Positions 1-8,179 of a stretch of 45,893 bases of DNA are shown here, piece after piece. A model generated the notes under the pieces. The model saw nothing but the letters and a program-made list of their open reading frames with translations, was not told the origin of the DNA and did not search any database. The position numbers and the translations under genes were made by a program. This stretch comes from an uncultured Gammaproteobacteria bacterium (GTDB taxonomy: Bacteria > Patescibacteriota > Patescibacteriia > SG8-24 > DYFX01), in assembly GCA_964347735.1 (NCBI GenBank), contig CAYFZV010000001.1:1-45893 (forward strand), given 5' to 3'. Each line of letters begins with the position of its first letter. The stretch's first letter is position 1.

Positions 1-1256
1 ACACACCAGTCGCGCAGGTTCTCCATCCAATGGTAGTAGACCTTCTCGAAACGCTCGGGGAGAATCTTCACGCCGCCTTTTTTCACGGCGTCGAGCGAGA
101 GTTCTTTCAAAGATTTTCCGCGGCCTTTGATCTTCTTGTTCACGTCGACGAACCATTGAAGCGACGTGAGCGGCTCGATGGTTGTGCCGCAGCGGTAACA
201 GACGGAAAGATTGTTATCAATCTCCTCGATTTTTTCGATCAGACCCTGCGCTTCAAGATCCTTCACAAATGCAGCGCGCGCTTCGAGCACGGTCATACCT
301 TGGTACTTCCCCGCCGCCTCGGTCATGCGTCCGTCTTCGCCGATGACTTTGATGATCGGGAGCTTGTTGGCTTCGGCCATGCGGAAGTCGGTCGCCGAAT
401 GTGCGGGCGTCACGCCCAACAAACCGGAACCGAACTTCGGATCGATTTCGCGATCGCTGATCACTTTGATCGTCAGTTTCGGAGTGCCGACACCCCAATC
501 CAATTCAAAGCTCTTGCCGAACCATTTCTTGTAACGGTCGTCTGACGGATTGGCGGCCACCGCGGTGTCGCCGATTTTCGTTTCTGGGCGCGTCGTCGCC
601 ACGGTGAATGGTCCGTACTTCAGGAAGTACAGTTTGGCTTTCTGTGCCTTGTGTTCGACTTCATCGTCGGCCAGGGTCGAGGCGCAACGCGGGCACCAGT
701 TCACGACGCGTTCGCCGCGATAGACCAAGCCGTCTTCGTGCATCCGATTGAACATCTCGATGACCGCTTCGGAGCGAGGCGCGTCGAGGGTGTAGGCCTC
801 GCGCGACCAATCGATCGACGAACCCATCTTGCGGATCTGATTACGGATCGTATCCTGCGAATGCTTCACGAACGCTTCGACGCGCTTCAAAAATTCGACG
901 CGGCCGAGGTCATGGCGCGACTTCTTTTCTTTTTCCTGGATCAGCTTCTCCACTTTGTTCTGCGTGGCGATCGAAGCGTGATCGGTGCCGGGAATCCAGA
1001 GCGATGCAAAGCCGCGCATGCGCTTGTAGCGGATCATCAAGTCCTCAAGCGCGAGCATCGTGGCGTGGCCGACGTGCAGCACACCCGTCGCGTTCGGCGG
1101 CGGCAGAACGATGGTGAACGGTTTCTTCTTTTTGCCGCCCGGCAGCTTGTCCGGATTGAAAAACCCGCTGGCTTCCCATCGGCGATAGATCGCGTCTTCC
1201 ACTTTGGACGCGTCGTAGGCCTTGTCGAGTTCGGGCTTCTTCGGACCTTTCGGCAT
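1..1256 (-). CDS. valS: valine--tRNA ligase, N-terminal ~418 codons; the rest of the gene lies beyond the window start
   Basis: Not in the track because the frame is open at the window edge. Hand translation from the ATG at 1256-1254 gives MPKGPKKPELDKAYDASKVEDAIYRRWEASGFFNP..FTIVLPPPNATGVLHVGHA..WIPGTDHASIATQ..VVNWCPRCASTLADDEV..TTRPETKIGDTAVA..LSVCYRCGTTIEPL..QWFV..NLRDWC. This shows a class-I HIGH-type motif and ValRS-type segments. Track ORFs 30..545(+) and 651..1271(+) are its antisense shadows. Confidence 0.9.
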   Translation of the reverse strand, partial: MPKGPKKPELDKAYDASKVEDAIYRRWEASGFFNPDKLPGGKKKKPFTIVLPPPNATGVLHVGHATMLALEDLMIRYKRMRGFASLWIPGTDHASIATQNKVEKLIQEKEKKSRHDLGRVEFLKRVEAFVKHSQDTIRNQIRKMGSSIDWSREAYTLDAPRSEAVIEMFNRMHEDGLVYRGERVVNWCPRCASTLADDEVEHKAQKAKLYFLKYGPFTVATTRPETKIGDTAVAANPSDDRYKKWFGKSFELDWGVGTPKLTIKVISDREIDPKFGSGLLGVTPAHSATDFRMAEANKLPIIKVIGEDGRMTEAAGKYQGMTVLEARAAFVKDLEAQGLIEKIEEIDNNLSVCYRCGTTIEPLTSLQWFVDVNKKIKGRGKSLKELSLDAVKKGGVKILPERFEKVYYHWMENLRDWC

Positions 1257-1264
1257 ATGAAGGT

Positions 1265-1293
1265 ATCCTAAAGGAAGCGTGCAGTTGGTTCAA
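1265..1293 (-). promoter_or_regulatory. candidate promoter of valS, TTGAAC-17-TAGGAT, -10 ends 8 nt before the ATG
   Basis: Minus-strand read: cTTGAACcaactgcacgcttccttTAGGATaccttcatATG. Confidence 0.45.
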
Positions 1294-1299
1294 GGATGC

Positions 1300-1328
1300 T
1301 TGACATTTCCGCGTTTTTAACCTATCCT
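1300..1328 (+). promoter_or_regulatory. candidate promoter TTGACA-17-TATCCT for the 1365 CDS, back-to-back with the valS promoter
   Basis: gcTTGACAtttccgcgtttttaaccTATCCTcgg. Confidence 0.45.
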
Positions 1329-1364
1329 CGGGCTTCCACTTCCCCTTCTACTTCGGAGGAGATC

Positions 1365-1928
1365 ATGGAAGACGCGCGAGGAAACGTCCGGATACTTTCT
1401 GCAAAGCTGCTCAATCGAGAGTGTCACCCCGAGCGACCGCAGGCCTTTCTCGACATTACATTCGACGTTCCAGTGGAATGGGATCGACAAGATGAATACG
1501 GTCTACGCGCCTGCCGCCGACACCTGCGTTTCCGTCTCAAGACGGACGCGGGCCTGCACGTCGAATGTCGGTACGATCGCGTTAATCTGTACCTTCACGC
1601 CGCGGCCTATCGCATCGTGCTGGAACCGATCCTGGTGGGACCCGTCGATGACCCCGATCACTTTCTGCACGCGGACGGACTCGCCACGTTGGCGCATGAA
1701 GCGCGTTTGCAAGGACGCGGCTGGCACAGCGACGTGCGCGAGATCGACGTGTTCTGGAGCTATCGGCGCAATGAAATTGCAACCGTTTCGAACGGTTCCT
1801 ACATGCCGATTCCGCCAGTCGCAGCCGTGCTGCCGCCCTTGCGTGACAGCGACATGTCACTCGAAGCGCAGTTCGCCGCACTCGATGCATTCTGCGATCG
1901 CTACACGCCTGTCGACTCCGTCCTCTAG
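1365..1928 (+). CDS. hypothetical protein (187 aa)
   Basis: Track ORF 1296..1928. The internal ATG at 1365 is preferred because GGAGGAG (1355-1361) lies 3 nt upstream. No motif recognised. Confidence 0.6.
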   Translation: MEDARGNVRILSAKLLNRECHPERPQAFLDITFDVPVEWDRQDEYGLRACRRHLRFRLKTDAGLHVECRYDRVNLYLHAAAYRIVLEPILVGPVDDPDHFLHADGLATLAHEARLQGRGWHSDVREIDVFWSYRRNEIATVSNGSYMPIPPVAAVLPPLRDSDMSLEAQFAALDAFCDRYTPVDSVL

Positions 1929-1947
1929 ACGGGGTCTTTTTTTGAAC

Positions 1948-1980
1948 AAAAAACCCGCACCGGGTGGTGCGGGGTTCTTC
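1948..1980. terminator. bidirectional intrinsic terminator between convergent genes
   Basis: 8-bp GC stem cccgcacc/ggtgcggg (1954-1961 and 1966-1973), loop gggt. An A-run lies upstream (U-run for the minus-strand gene) and gttcttct downstream. Confidence 0.65.
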
Positions 1981-1987
1981 TCCTTGC

Positions 1988-2752
1988 TTAGGAGCCGGCG
2001 AGCATCGAGTCGATGATCTGCTTGACGGAGTCGTACGGAAGCGCGCCCGGGATGAGCTGCTTCGAGCCGTCTTTGCCCATCACGATCGTACCCGGCGTAC
2101 CGGTCACGCCCGCGGCTTCGCCACTGGCGAGATCGGCCGCGACGAGCTGCGCGTATTTGCCGCTCGAGACGCACGTGTCGAATTTCTTGATGTCGCGCAC
2201 GCCGGCTTCTTTGGCCAGGGTCGAAAGCTGCGCGATCGAGAGGCCTTGCGCCTGCTTCTCGAACATCTTGTCAGCCATTTCCCAGAATTTGCCCTGTTCG
2301 CTGGCACACTCGGAGGCTTCGGCTGCTTTCTGCGCGTTCGGATGGATCGAGGAGAGCGGGAAGTGGCGGTAGACCCAGCGCACCTTGCCCTTGTACTCGT
2401 TCACGGCTTGCACGAGCGTCGGATGGAAGCGCGAGCAGAACGGGCATTCGAAGTCGGAGTACTCGAGGAGCGTGATCTCCGCGTTCTTATCGCCGCGGAT
2501 GTGATCCGTATCGGTGATCGGGGTGACGGCGCCGACCTGTTCGCCGGCTGCGGCGTTCGGATCGGTCGGAGCGGCGGGCACTGCCGCGAGCGGCGCACGG
2601 GCCGAACCCGAGAACATGCTGCCCATATCAACGCCCTTACTCATCATGTGGAGGAAGCCGAGCGCGGCGACGCCGAGAACGCCGGCCGCGACGCCCAGAA
2701 GGAAGATCTGCTTTACGGAAAGCGACATTGAAAACTTTTCGTTGGAATCCAT
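1988..2752 (-). CDS. membrane-anchored DsbA-family thiol:disulfide oxidoreductase
   Basis: N-terminal TM segment (IFLLGVAAGVLGVAALGFL). Thioredoxin-fold active site in LLEYSDFECPFCSRFHP, with later GVTGTPGTIV typical of DsbA-like proteins. Start could be Met9 at 2728. Confidence 0.85.
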   Translation of the reverse strand: MDSNEKFSMSLSVKQIFLLGVAAGVLGVAALGFLHMMSKGVDMGSMFSGSARAPLAAVPAAPTDPNAAAGEQVGAVTPITDTDHIRGDKNAEITLLEYSDFECPFCSRFHPTLVQAVNEYKGKVRWVYRHFPLSSIHPNAQKAAEASECASEQGKFWEMADKMFEKQAQGLSIAQLSTLAKEAGVRDIKKFDTCVSSGKYAQLVAADLASGEAAGVTGTPGTIVMGKDGSKQLIPGALPYDSVKQIIDSMLAGS

Positions 2753-2794
2753 ACAATCAATTCTGAATTATGCAGAGCGGAAACGGTCGGAGCA

Positions 2795-3442
2795 TCAGGC
2801 GTCGCGCAGAGCGGCGAAATATGGGAGACGCGGCGGATCGGAAGACGCGAACGGAAGAGAACGGAGTCGCGTCCAGCCGGGACGGGCCCGTTCCGGCGCG
2901 CGCTGCGGCACCGAAGCAAGAACCGGGAGACCGAGCATGACCGCCAGAACGACGGCAAAGCGGAAAGGGTGCTCGGCGGCCGGCACTTCAAATGCCTTGA
3001 AGAGATTCATCTGCGGCTTGAAGAGCTTGTACTCCGCGCAGGATGCCGCCGCGGACAGCGGAGGGAAATAGGTGCGCGTTGACGCCTGCGCCTGCGTGGG
3101 GACCGTAAGCGCGAGTGCCGTCGAGGCTTGCCACGCGCTCGCATGTTGGACAGAAGACGCGAGAGCCGACGCGCGCGGCAACGGCGTCGCCAGGAGCGGC
3201 GCTCCGAGGGCCGCCATCGACAGCGGTCCTTGGAGCGAGGCGCGCGGCAACGCTTTCGAAGCAGGGGCCGAACGTGCAAAGCCCGAACTCTTCGAGACAG
3301 GATTCGTCATCGTGACGAGCAATCCTCTGTCGCCCTGCATGCAGGGCAGGGCCAGGAACGACGCCACGAACAAGAACAGGAAAGCGCCAAAGACCAGCTT
3401 CGCCGTCGCGCGGATCCATTCATTGGAAGTCCTGCTGTACAT
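2795..3442 (-). CDS. hypothetical Ala/Ser/Pro-rich membrane protein
   Basis: Track ORF with predicted TM segments near both ends (KLVFGAFLFLFVASFLAL and FAVVLAVMLGLPVLASV). A leaderless-type promoter lies directly upstream. Composition is low-complexity, so coding status is uncertain. Confidence 0.45.
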   Translation of the reverse strand: MYSRTSNEWIRATAKLVFGAFLFLFVASFLALPCMQGDRGLLVTMTNPVSKSSGFARSAPASKALPRASLQGPLSMAALGAPLLATPLPRASALASSVQHASAWQASTALALTVPTQAQASTRTYFPPLSAAASCAEYKLFKPQMNLFKAFEVPAAEHPFRFAVVLAVMLGLPVLASVPQRAPERARPGWTRLRSLPFASSDPPRLPYFAALRDA

Positions 3443-3450
3443 GTCGGCTT

Positions 3451-3479
3451 AGTATACCCGACCGTTCCGTCGCACCCAA
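3451..3479 (-). promoter_or_regulatory. candidate promoter TTGGGT-17-TATACT, -10 ends 8 nt before the ATG at 3442
   Basis: Minus-strand read: tTTGGGTgcgacggaacggtcgggTATACTaagccgacATG. Confidence 0.4.
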
Positions 3480-3491
3480 ACACGCAGAGTG

Positions 3492-4562
3492 TCAAGGAAT
3501 CGCGACGAGCCACACGCCGAGCATGTCCGGCTGGTCGGGAGAAACCGGCGCGAGAAACGCGACGAGGGCGCCGTCGGGCGAAACGGAGGGCGAGGTTTCG
3601 GAACCGGACGCTCCGTCCGTCAGATACTCCCCCGCTTTGGTGACCGCGTCGATTTTTTTAAGACGCGCAGGCGTGTCGCTGGCGGCTTCGGCCACGATGA
3701 ACGCGCTCGTCGAAGCGGCACGCGTCGGAAACAGCTCGTCTTCGTCGTAGGTGCGCAGAATCGGGCCGGAATTTTTGCCGTCGGCGTCCATGCCGTACAT
3801 ATCCCAACTCGCGCCTGCCGCAACCGGTCGGCGCTGGAAATACAATTTCAATCCGTCGTCGGACCAAGTGGGCTTGCGGTCGTCGGCGCCGCGCGTGAGC
3901 TGCTGGAGATCGGAACCGTCCAAACGGACTTTCCAGATCGCCGCGCCCTGCGGCTTCGGCCGGTCAGCGTCGACTTCGAAGGCGATCCAGGCGCCGTCCG
4001 GAGAAATCGCGGGCGACATCAGATCTTCTTTGCCGTCATGCATCGTGATCTGTTTCGGGTTCTTGCCATCGAGATCGGCGCACCAGATCTCGAAGACGCC
4101 GCGCTTGGCGTCGCGTTCGGCATAGCAGAAACGTCCGGCGTTGCGATGCGCGGCACGATGGCTGGAAGCCAGGCGCGGCACGGCGCCATCAAGGATCGCC
4201 GCCGGCGTCGCCGTTTTCAAATCGAGACGCGTCAGACTCCAGCGCATGTCTTTCCCCTTCGTGACGCTTGTCGACATGATCAACGTGCCGTTGTCGATGA
4301 AAGACGCCGACAGGAGTTTCGTTCCGGCTTCGGGCGCATACACGAGCCGTGCGCCGTCCTTGCGCGGAAGAAAACCCTCCAGCCGCGCGTCGATTTTTTT
4401 CTCTTCTTTCGGCGCCGCGGGCTGTGGAGGCGCCGGTTCGACGATCACGCCGTCCAAGGAATGCGCGTCCGCCTGCTTCTTGATCCATAATACGCCGAAC
4501 GTAGCGCCCCCAAGGACGCCGAGAACGAGCATGACGAGAAGAAATCTTTTGAACGCGCGCAT
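3492..4562 (-). CDS. TolB-like beta-propeller (PD40/WD40-like repeat) protein with N-terminal membrane anchor
   Basis: Repeated S/TP-DG blade motifs: MSPAISPDGAWIAFEV, KPTWSDDGLKLYF, SPSVSPDGALVAFL. Start placed at the ATG at 4562 (MRAFKRFLLVMLVLGVLGG). The track start at 4583 is a GTG lying inside a TGcTATACT extended -10. Confidence 0.8.
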   Translation of the reverse strand: MRAFKRFLLVMLVLGVLGGATFGVLWIKKQADAHSLDGVIVEPAPPQPAAPKEEKKIDARLEGFLPRKDGARLVYAPEAGTKLLSASFIDNGTLIMSTSVTKGKDMRWSLTRLDLKTATPAAILDGAVPRLASSHRAAHRNAGRFCYAERDAKRGVFEIWCADLDGKNPKQITMHDGKEDLMSPAISPDGAWIAFEVDADRPKPQGAAIWKVRLDGSDLQQLTRGADDRKPTWSDDGLKLYFQRRPVAAGASWDMYGMDADGKNSGPILRTYDEDELFPTRAASTSAFIVAEAASDTPARLKKIDAVTKAGEYLTDGASGSETSPSVSPDGALVAFLAPVSPDQPDMLGVWLVAIP

Positions 4563-4617
4563 GGTGCAAGAAAAGTATAGCACCGAGGACGCCTTGCGAA
4601 GTGGACAAGCCTGGGCC

Positions 4618-4646
4618 TTGATACTTTTCCGACGATCGTGTAGCGT
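4618..4646 (+). promoter_or_regulatory. candidate promoter of tRNA-Val, TTGATA-17-TAGCGT
   Basis: ccTTGATActtttccgacgatcgtgTAGCGTgtgggcagccgtaa, followed by the tRNA 5' end at 4661. Confidence 0.5.
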
Positions 4647-4660
4647 GTGGGCAGCCGTAA

Positions 4661-4737
4661 GGGCGCTTAGCTCAGTTGGCTAGAGCGACTCGTTGACGTC
4701 GAGTAGGTCGAAGGTTCGACTCCTTCAGCGCCCACCA
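4661..4737 (+). tRNA. tRNA-Val, anticodon GAC, CCA encoded
   Basis: Hand fold: GGGCGCU-UA-GCUC-AGUUGGCUA-GAGC-G-ACUCG-UUGACGU-CGAGU-AGGUC-GAAGG-UUCGACU-CCUUC-AGCGCCC-A-CCA. Confidence 0.95.
4715..4737 (+). repeat. left copy of exact 23-nt direct repeat (putative attL core), within the tRNA-Val 3' end
   Basis: ttcgactccttcagcgcccacca is identical to 11796-11818. Confidence 0.85.
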
Positions 4738-4742
4738 AAAAA

Positions 4743-4770
4743 AGCCCATGATAATGGGCTTTTCTTTTTT
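4743..4770 (+). terminator. intrinsic terminator after tRNA-Val
   Basis: agcccat-gata-atgggct followed by tttctttttt. Confidence 0.8.
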
Positions 4771-4773
4771 CTC

Positions 4774-4804
4774 GGTGCCCAATTGGTGCCCACGGTGGTG
4801 CCCA
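4774..4804 (+). repeat. three phased copies of GGTGCCCA (starts at 4774, 4785, 4797)
   Basis: cGGTGCCCAattGGTGCCCAcggtGGTGCCCAcgaa, spacing 11-12 nt. Confidence 0.8.
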
Positions 4805-4848
4805 CGAACCGAGATCGCGAAAAACTTAAGGCGGGATGTCGAGTGTTT

Positions 4849-4923
4849 CGCGCTGAAAACCACCTCCATAACTTCAGCGCGCAGCCTTAAATTCACGGCG
4901 CTGAAAAGCAACTCCTTCAGCGC
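4849..4923 (+). repeat. two palindromes built from GCGCTGAA / TTCAGCGC, the tRNA-Val att-core octamer
   Basis: cgcgctgaa (4849-4857) pairs with ttcagcgcg (4873-4881). gcgctgaa (4898-4905) pairs with ttcagcgc (4916-4923). actccttcagcgc (4911-4923) repeats 13 nt of the tRNA 3' end (4719-4731). Confidence 0.75.
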
Positions 4924-4947
4924 GGACGATCATCGTCCAGTTTTTTC
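4924..4947 (+). terminator. orphan terminator-like hairpin plus T6
   Basis: ggacgat-c-atcgtcc followed by agttttttc. No CDS upstream on this strand. Confidence 0.5.
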
Positions 4948-4990
4948 TTTCGAAGAGCGTCGTCGTTGTCGAGATTGACATTAGTGGGAA

Positions 4991-5023
4991 GCAAAAGAAA
5001 GAACGGCCTCCGTCGGCCGTTCT
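4991..5023 (-). terminator. intrinsic terminator downstream of the RND pump gene
   Basis: agaacggcc / ggccgttct stem (5000-5008 and 5015-5023). The minus-strand read is followed by tttcttttgc. Confidence 0.7.
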
Positions 5024-5065
5024 TTTCATTTCATCGCGTCTGCTTCTTGAGAAGCCATCCCACGA

Positions 5066-8000
5066 CTAGACGTCAATCGCCACCGGTCCGGTAAGCGCAG
5101 CTTTCTTTCCGAAGCGGTAGAACAAGGCTGGCGTCATGAACAGCGAGATCAGCGTCGATGACGTCAGGCCGCCGAAGATGACAACGGCGAGTGGGTGGAG
5201 CAGCTCTTTACCAGGATCCTCGCCCGCCAAAAGTAGCGGAATGAGCGCGAGCGAGGCCGTCAGTGCCGTCATCAAGACCGGCACGACGCGATCGAGCGTG
5301 GCTTTCAGCATCGTCTCCGGCGTGAACGGCATACCTTCTTTCCGGACGAGATTCAGCGAGTGACTGATCAACATGATGCCGTTGCGCGACACGATGCCGG
5401 CCAGCGAGACGAAGCCGACCAGGTGCGCCAGGTTGACGACGCCTCCCGTGAGCCAGATGCCGATCATGCCGCCAATGAAGGCCGTGGGCACGTTCAGCAT
5501 CACCTGCAGGACGACCGGCACTGATCGGAACGCATGGAAGAGCACAAAGAAGATCAGGACGAGGCCGACACCGAAGAGCGCCGCGAGTCGCCGGCTGTTT
5601 TCTTTCTGGCTCTTGTACGTGCCTTCGAACGAAGCCGTGACGTCTTGCGGAAGGCGTCCTCGCGCTTCGATGGCCTGACGTGCCGTTTCCACCGCTCCGA
5701 CGATGTCGTTGCCTTGGTAGTTGGCACTGACCACCATGACGCGGCGGCCGCCTTCGTGGCTGAGCCGGTTTCTTCCGGCTTCGAGACGAACTTCAGCGAC
5801 GTTGCCGAGCGCTTCGGCTCCTTCGAACGGCAGGGAAAGGTCACGGAGGGCCTGGGCGTTGCCGCGCGAAAGAAGATCGTAGCGTGCGACGACGTCGACA
5901 CGCGCGCCGTCGAGCTGCACTTGTCCGGCGGAAACTCCGAGGAGGCCGCGTTCAAGGTCTTCTGACACTTCACCGTTCGAGAGGCCGAGATCGGCCAGGC
6001 GGTTTCGATTGGGATAGATACGGAACTCTGGCACGAGCACTTCACGCTGGACCTGCGCGTTCTTGACTCCCTCTTGCGCCGCCAGTTCATCTCGCACCAG
6101 GGTCGCCGCCTGGCGCAGCGCGGGCAGATCCTCGCCGAAGAGCTTCACAACGATCGGCGCGCGCACGCCGGAGAGGAGCTCTTCCAGCTTGTGGGTGATG
6201 GGCTGGCCCAGGCTGAAATCAGCATCCGTGAAACCGTCGAGCGTACGCTGGATGTCGGCGAACAGTCGCTCGCGTTCTTTCTCGAGGCCAGGCTCGAACG
6301 CCACTTGGATCTCGCTCGTATTCGCACCGCTATCGTGAGGATCGGCGCCGGCGCGTCCCGTCGAATGGCTGGCGCGCCGGACGCCCGGGATCGCGCGAAT
6401 CCGCTCCTCAACTTTTGATGCGTACGCGTTCGACGTTTCCAGATCCGTGCCAACCGGCATCACGACGCCGATCGTCACGGCCCCTTCGTTAAAGGGAGGA
6501 ACTCCTTCCTTGCCCGCAATTGCGAACATGCCGACCGCGATCGCGATCGTGACGACGACGCCGCCGATTACGTGCTTCGGGTGGCGCACGCTCCAGATGA
6601 TGCCGGGCGTCAGCCGGCGCTTAAGCCAGCGGACGAAGCGCGTTTCTTCCTCATGATCTTTGGCATGCGGTTTCGCCAGGAGTAGGACGCACAGCGCGGG
6701 CGTCAAGGTTAGCGACACCGCCAGCGAAGCGACCAGGGCGACGAGATACGCGAAACCGAGGGGCGCAAGCAGGCGGCCTTCGACGCCTGGAATGAAGAAC
6801 ATCGGCAGGAAGACGATGGCTACGAGGATCGTGGCGTAGACGATCGAATTCCGGACTTCACTCGAAGCGCGGAAGACGACGTCGCCCGGCGGCTCTTTCA
6901 TTCCGCTCTTCCGCCATTCGCGCAGGCGCCTGAAGACGTTCTCGACGTCGACGATCGCGTCGTCGACGAGCTCGCCGATCGCGACCGTGATGCCGCCGAG
7001 CGTCATGACGTTCACGGACATATCCATCGCGCGGAAGACGATGATGGTGATCAGGATACTGAGCGGGATTGCAGTCAGGGTGATCGCCGTCGTCCGCACG
7101 TTCATGAGGAACAGGATCAGGATGACGATCACGAACAGCGTGCCGTCGCGCAGCGCTTCGATCACATTGTCCAGCCCCGCCTCGATGAACCATTCCTGCC
7201 GGAACAGGTCGTTCTTCAGCTCGGTGCCGGCGGGCAAACCGGCGTGCAGGCGTTCGAGCGTCTCATCGACGGCTTCCGTCACCGCCAGCGTCTCGGCTTC
7301 TGGCTGCTTGACGATGCGCATGATGACGCCGGGCTTCCCGTCAATCGTGGCCGATCCCCGAACTGGACTCGGACCCTCTTCGACGTCGGCGACGTCGGCG
7401 AGGCGGATCGGATTGCCTTCGAAGCTACCGATGCCGATCTCACGCAGCTCGGCGACCTGCGTGGGCGCGAGCATGATGCGGATGGGATATTCTTTGCGAT
7501 CCTGGACGAGAATGCCGCCACCGCGGTTCTTGAGCGAGCCTTCGACTTGCGCGATGACATCTCCGACCTCCAAACCGTACCGGCGCAGGCGCTCGGCATT
7601 CAAGCGGATTTGCCATTCACGGACGTCGCCGCCCATGACGATCACGTCAGAGACGCCCGGTACGCGCAAGAGCGCCGGACGGATCGTCCAGTCGGCGAGC
7701 GTGCGCAGCTCCATGCCGTCGATGGAAGCGTCATTGGCCGTGAGGCCGGCCCACATGATTTCCCCCATGACCGAGGCGACCGGACCGAGGACCGGCCTGA
7801 CGTCTTCCGGGAGATCGAGCTGGGCGAGACGTTCTTGGATGATCTGACGGTTGCGATACAGGTCGGAGCCCCAGCGGAACTCCGCCTGGACGATCGCCAA
7901 GCCGAACGACGCGGTGCCACGCACGCGCTCGACGCCCGGCGCGCCCGCCACGGCAGCTTCGATCGGCCGCAAGATCAGCTGTTCGATCTCTTCGGGCGCC

Positions 8001-8167
8001 AGGCCTTCGCCCTCGGCGAAAACGGCGACCGTCGGCTTGTTCACGTCCGGCAGGACGTCTACTTTCATGCCCGCTAGGCTCCATAGCCCGAGCACCACGA
8101 TCCCGAGCGCAAACCCGACCGTAGCGATCCGATGACGGATCGCCCAAAGAATGATGCGATTGAGCAT
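5066..8167 (-). CDS. RND efflux permease, CusA/CzcA-like (heavy-metal efflux family)
   Basis: 1033 aa in a 12-TM RND layout. The N-terminus VDVLPDVNKPTVAVFAEGEGLAPEEIEQLILRPIE..GVERVRGTASFGLAIVQAEF..LGPVASVMGEIMW resembles CusA/CzcA rather than AcrB. TM4 reads AIGELVDDAIVDVENVFRRL. Neighbouring genes are His-rich. Confidence 0.88.
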   Translation of the reverse strand: MLNRIILWAIRHRIATVGFALGIVVLGLWSLAGMKVDVLPDVNKPTVAVFAEGEGLAPEEIEQLILRPIEAAVAGAPGVERVRGTASFGLAIVQAEFRWGSDLYRNRQIIQERLAQLDLPEDVRPVLGPVASVMGEIMWAGLTANDASIDGMELRTLADWTIRPALLRVPGVSDVIVMGGDVREWQIRLNAERLRRYGLEVGDVIAQVEGSLKNRGGGILVQDRKEYPIRIMLAPTQVAELREIGIGSFEGNPIRLADVADVEEGPSPVRGSATIDGKPGVIMRIVKQPEAETLAVTEAVDETLERLHAGLPAGTELKNDLFRQEWFIEAGLDNVIEALRDGTLFVIVILILFLMNVRTTAITLTAIPLSILITIIVFRAMDMSVNVMTLGGITVAIGELVDDAIVDVENVFRRLREWRKSGMKEPPGDVVFRASSEVRNSIVYATILVAIVFLPMFFIPGVEGRLLAPLGFAYLVALVASLAVSLTLTPALCVLLLAKPHAKDHEEETRFVRWLKRRLTPGIIWSVRHPKHVIGGVVVTIAIAVGMFAIAGKEGVPPFNEGAVTIGVVMPVGTDLETSNAYASKVEERIRAIPGVRRASHSTGRAGADPHDSGANTSEIQVAFEPGLEKERERLFADIQRTLDGFTDADFSLGQPITHKLEELLSGVRAPIVVKLFGEDLPALRQAATLVRDELAAQEGVKNAQVQREVLVPEFRIYPNRNRLADLGLSNGEVSEDLERGLLGVSAGQVQLDGARVDVVARYDLLSRGNAQALRDLSLPFEGAEALGNVAEVRLEAGRNRLSHEGGRRVMVVSANYQGNDIVGAVETARQAIEARGRLPQDVTASFEGTYKSQKENSRRLAALFGVGLVLIFFVLFHAFRSVPVVLQVMLNVPTAFIGGMIGIWLTGGVVNLAHLVGFVSLAGIVSRNGIMLISHSLNLVRKEGMPFTPETMLKATLDRVVPVLMTALTASLALIPLLLAGEDPGKELLHPLAVVIFGGLTSSTLISLFMTPALFYRFGKKAALTGPVAIDV

Positions 8168-8179
8168 AGGGTGTGGGGA

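Noticed and set aside
30-1271. Plus-strand ORFs 30..545 and 651..1271
   Set aside because: They are antisense to valS, whose minus-strand translation is unmistakable.
3489-4490. 333-aa plus-strand ORF
   Set aside because: It is antisense to the TolB-like propeller gene, which shows repeated SPDG blade motifs.
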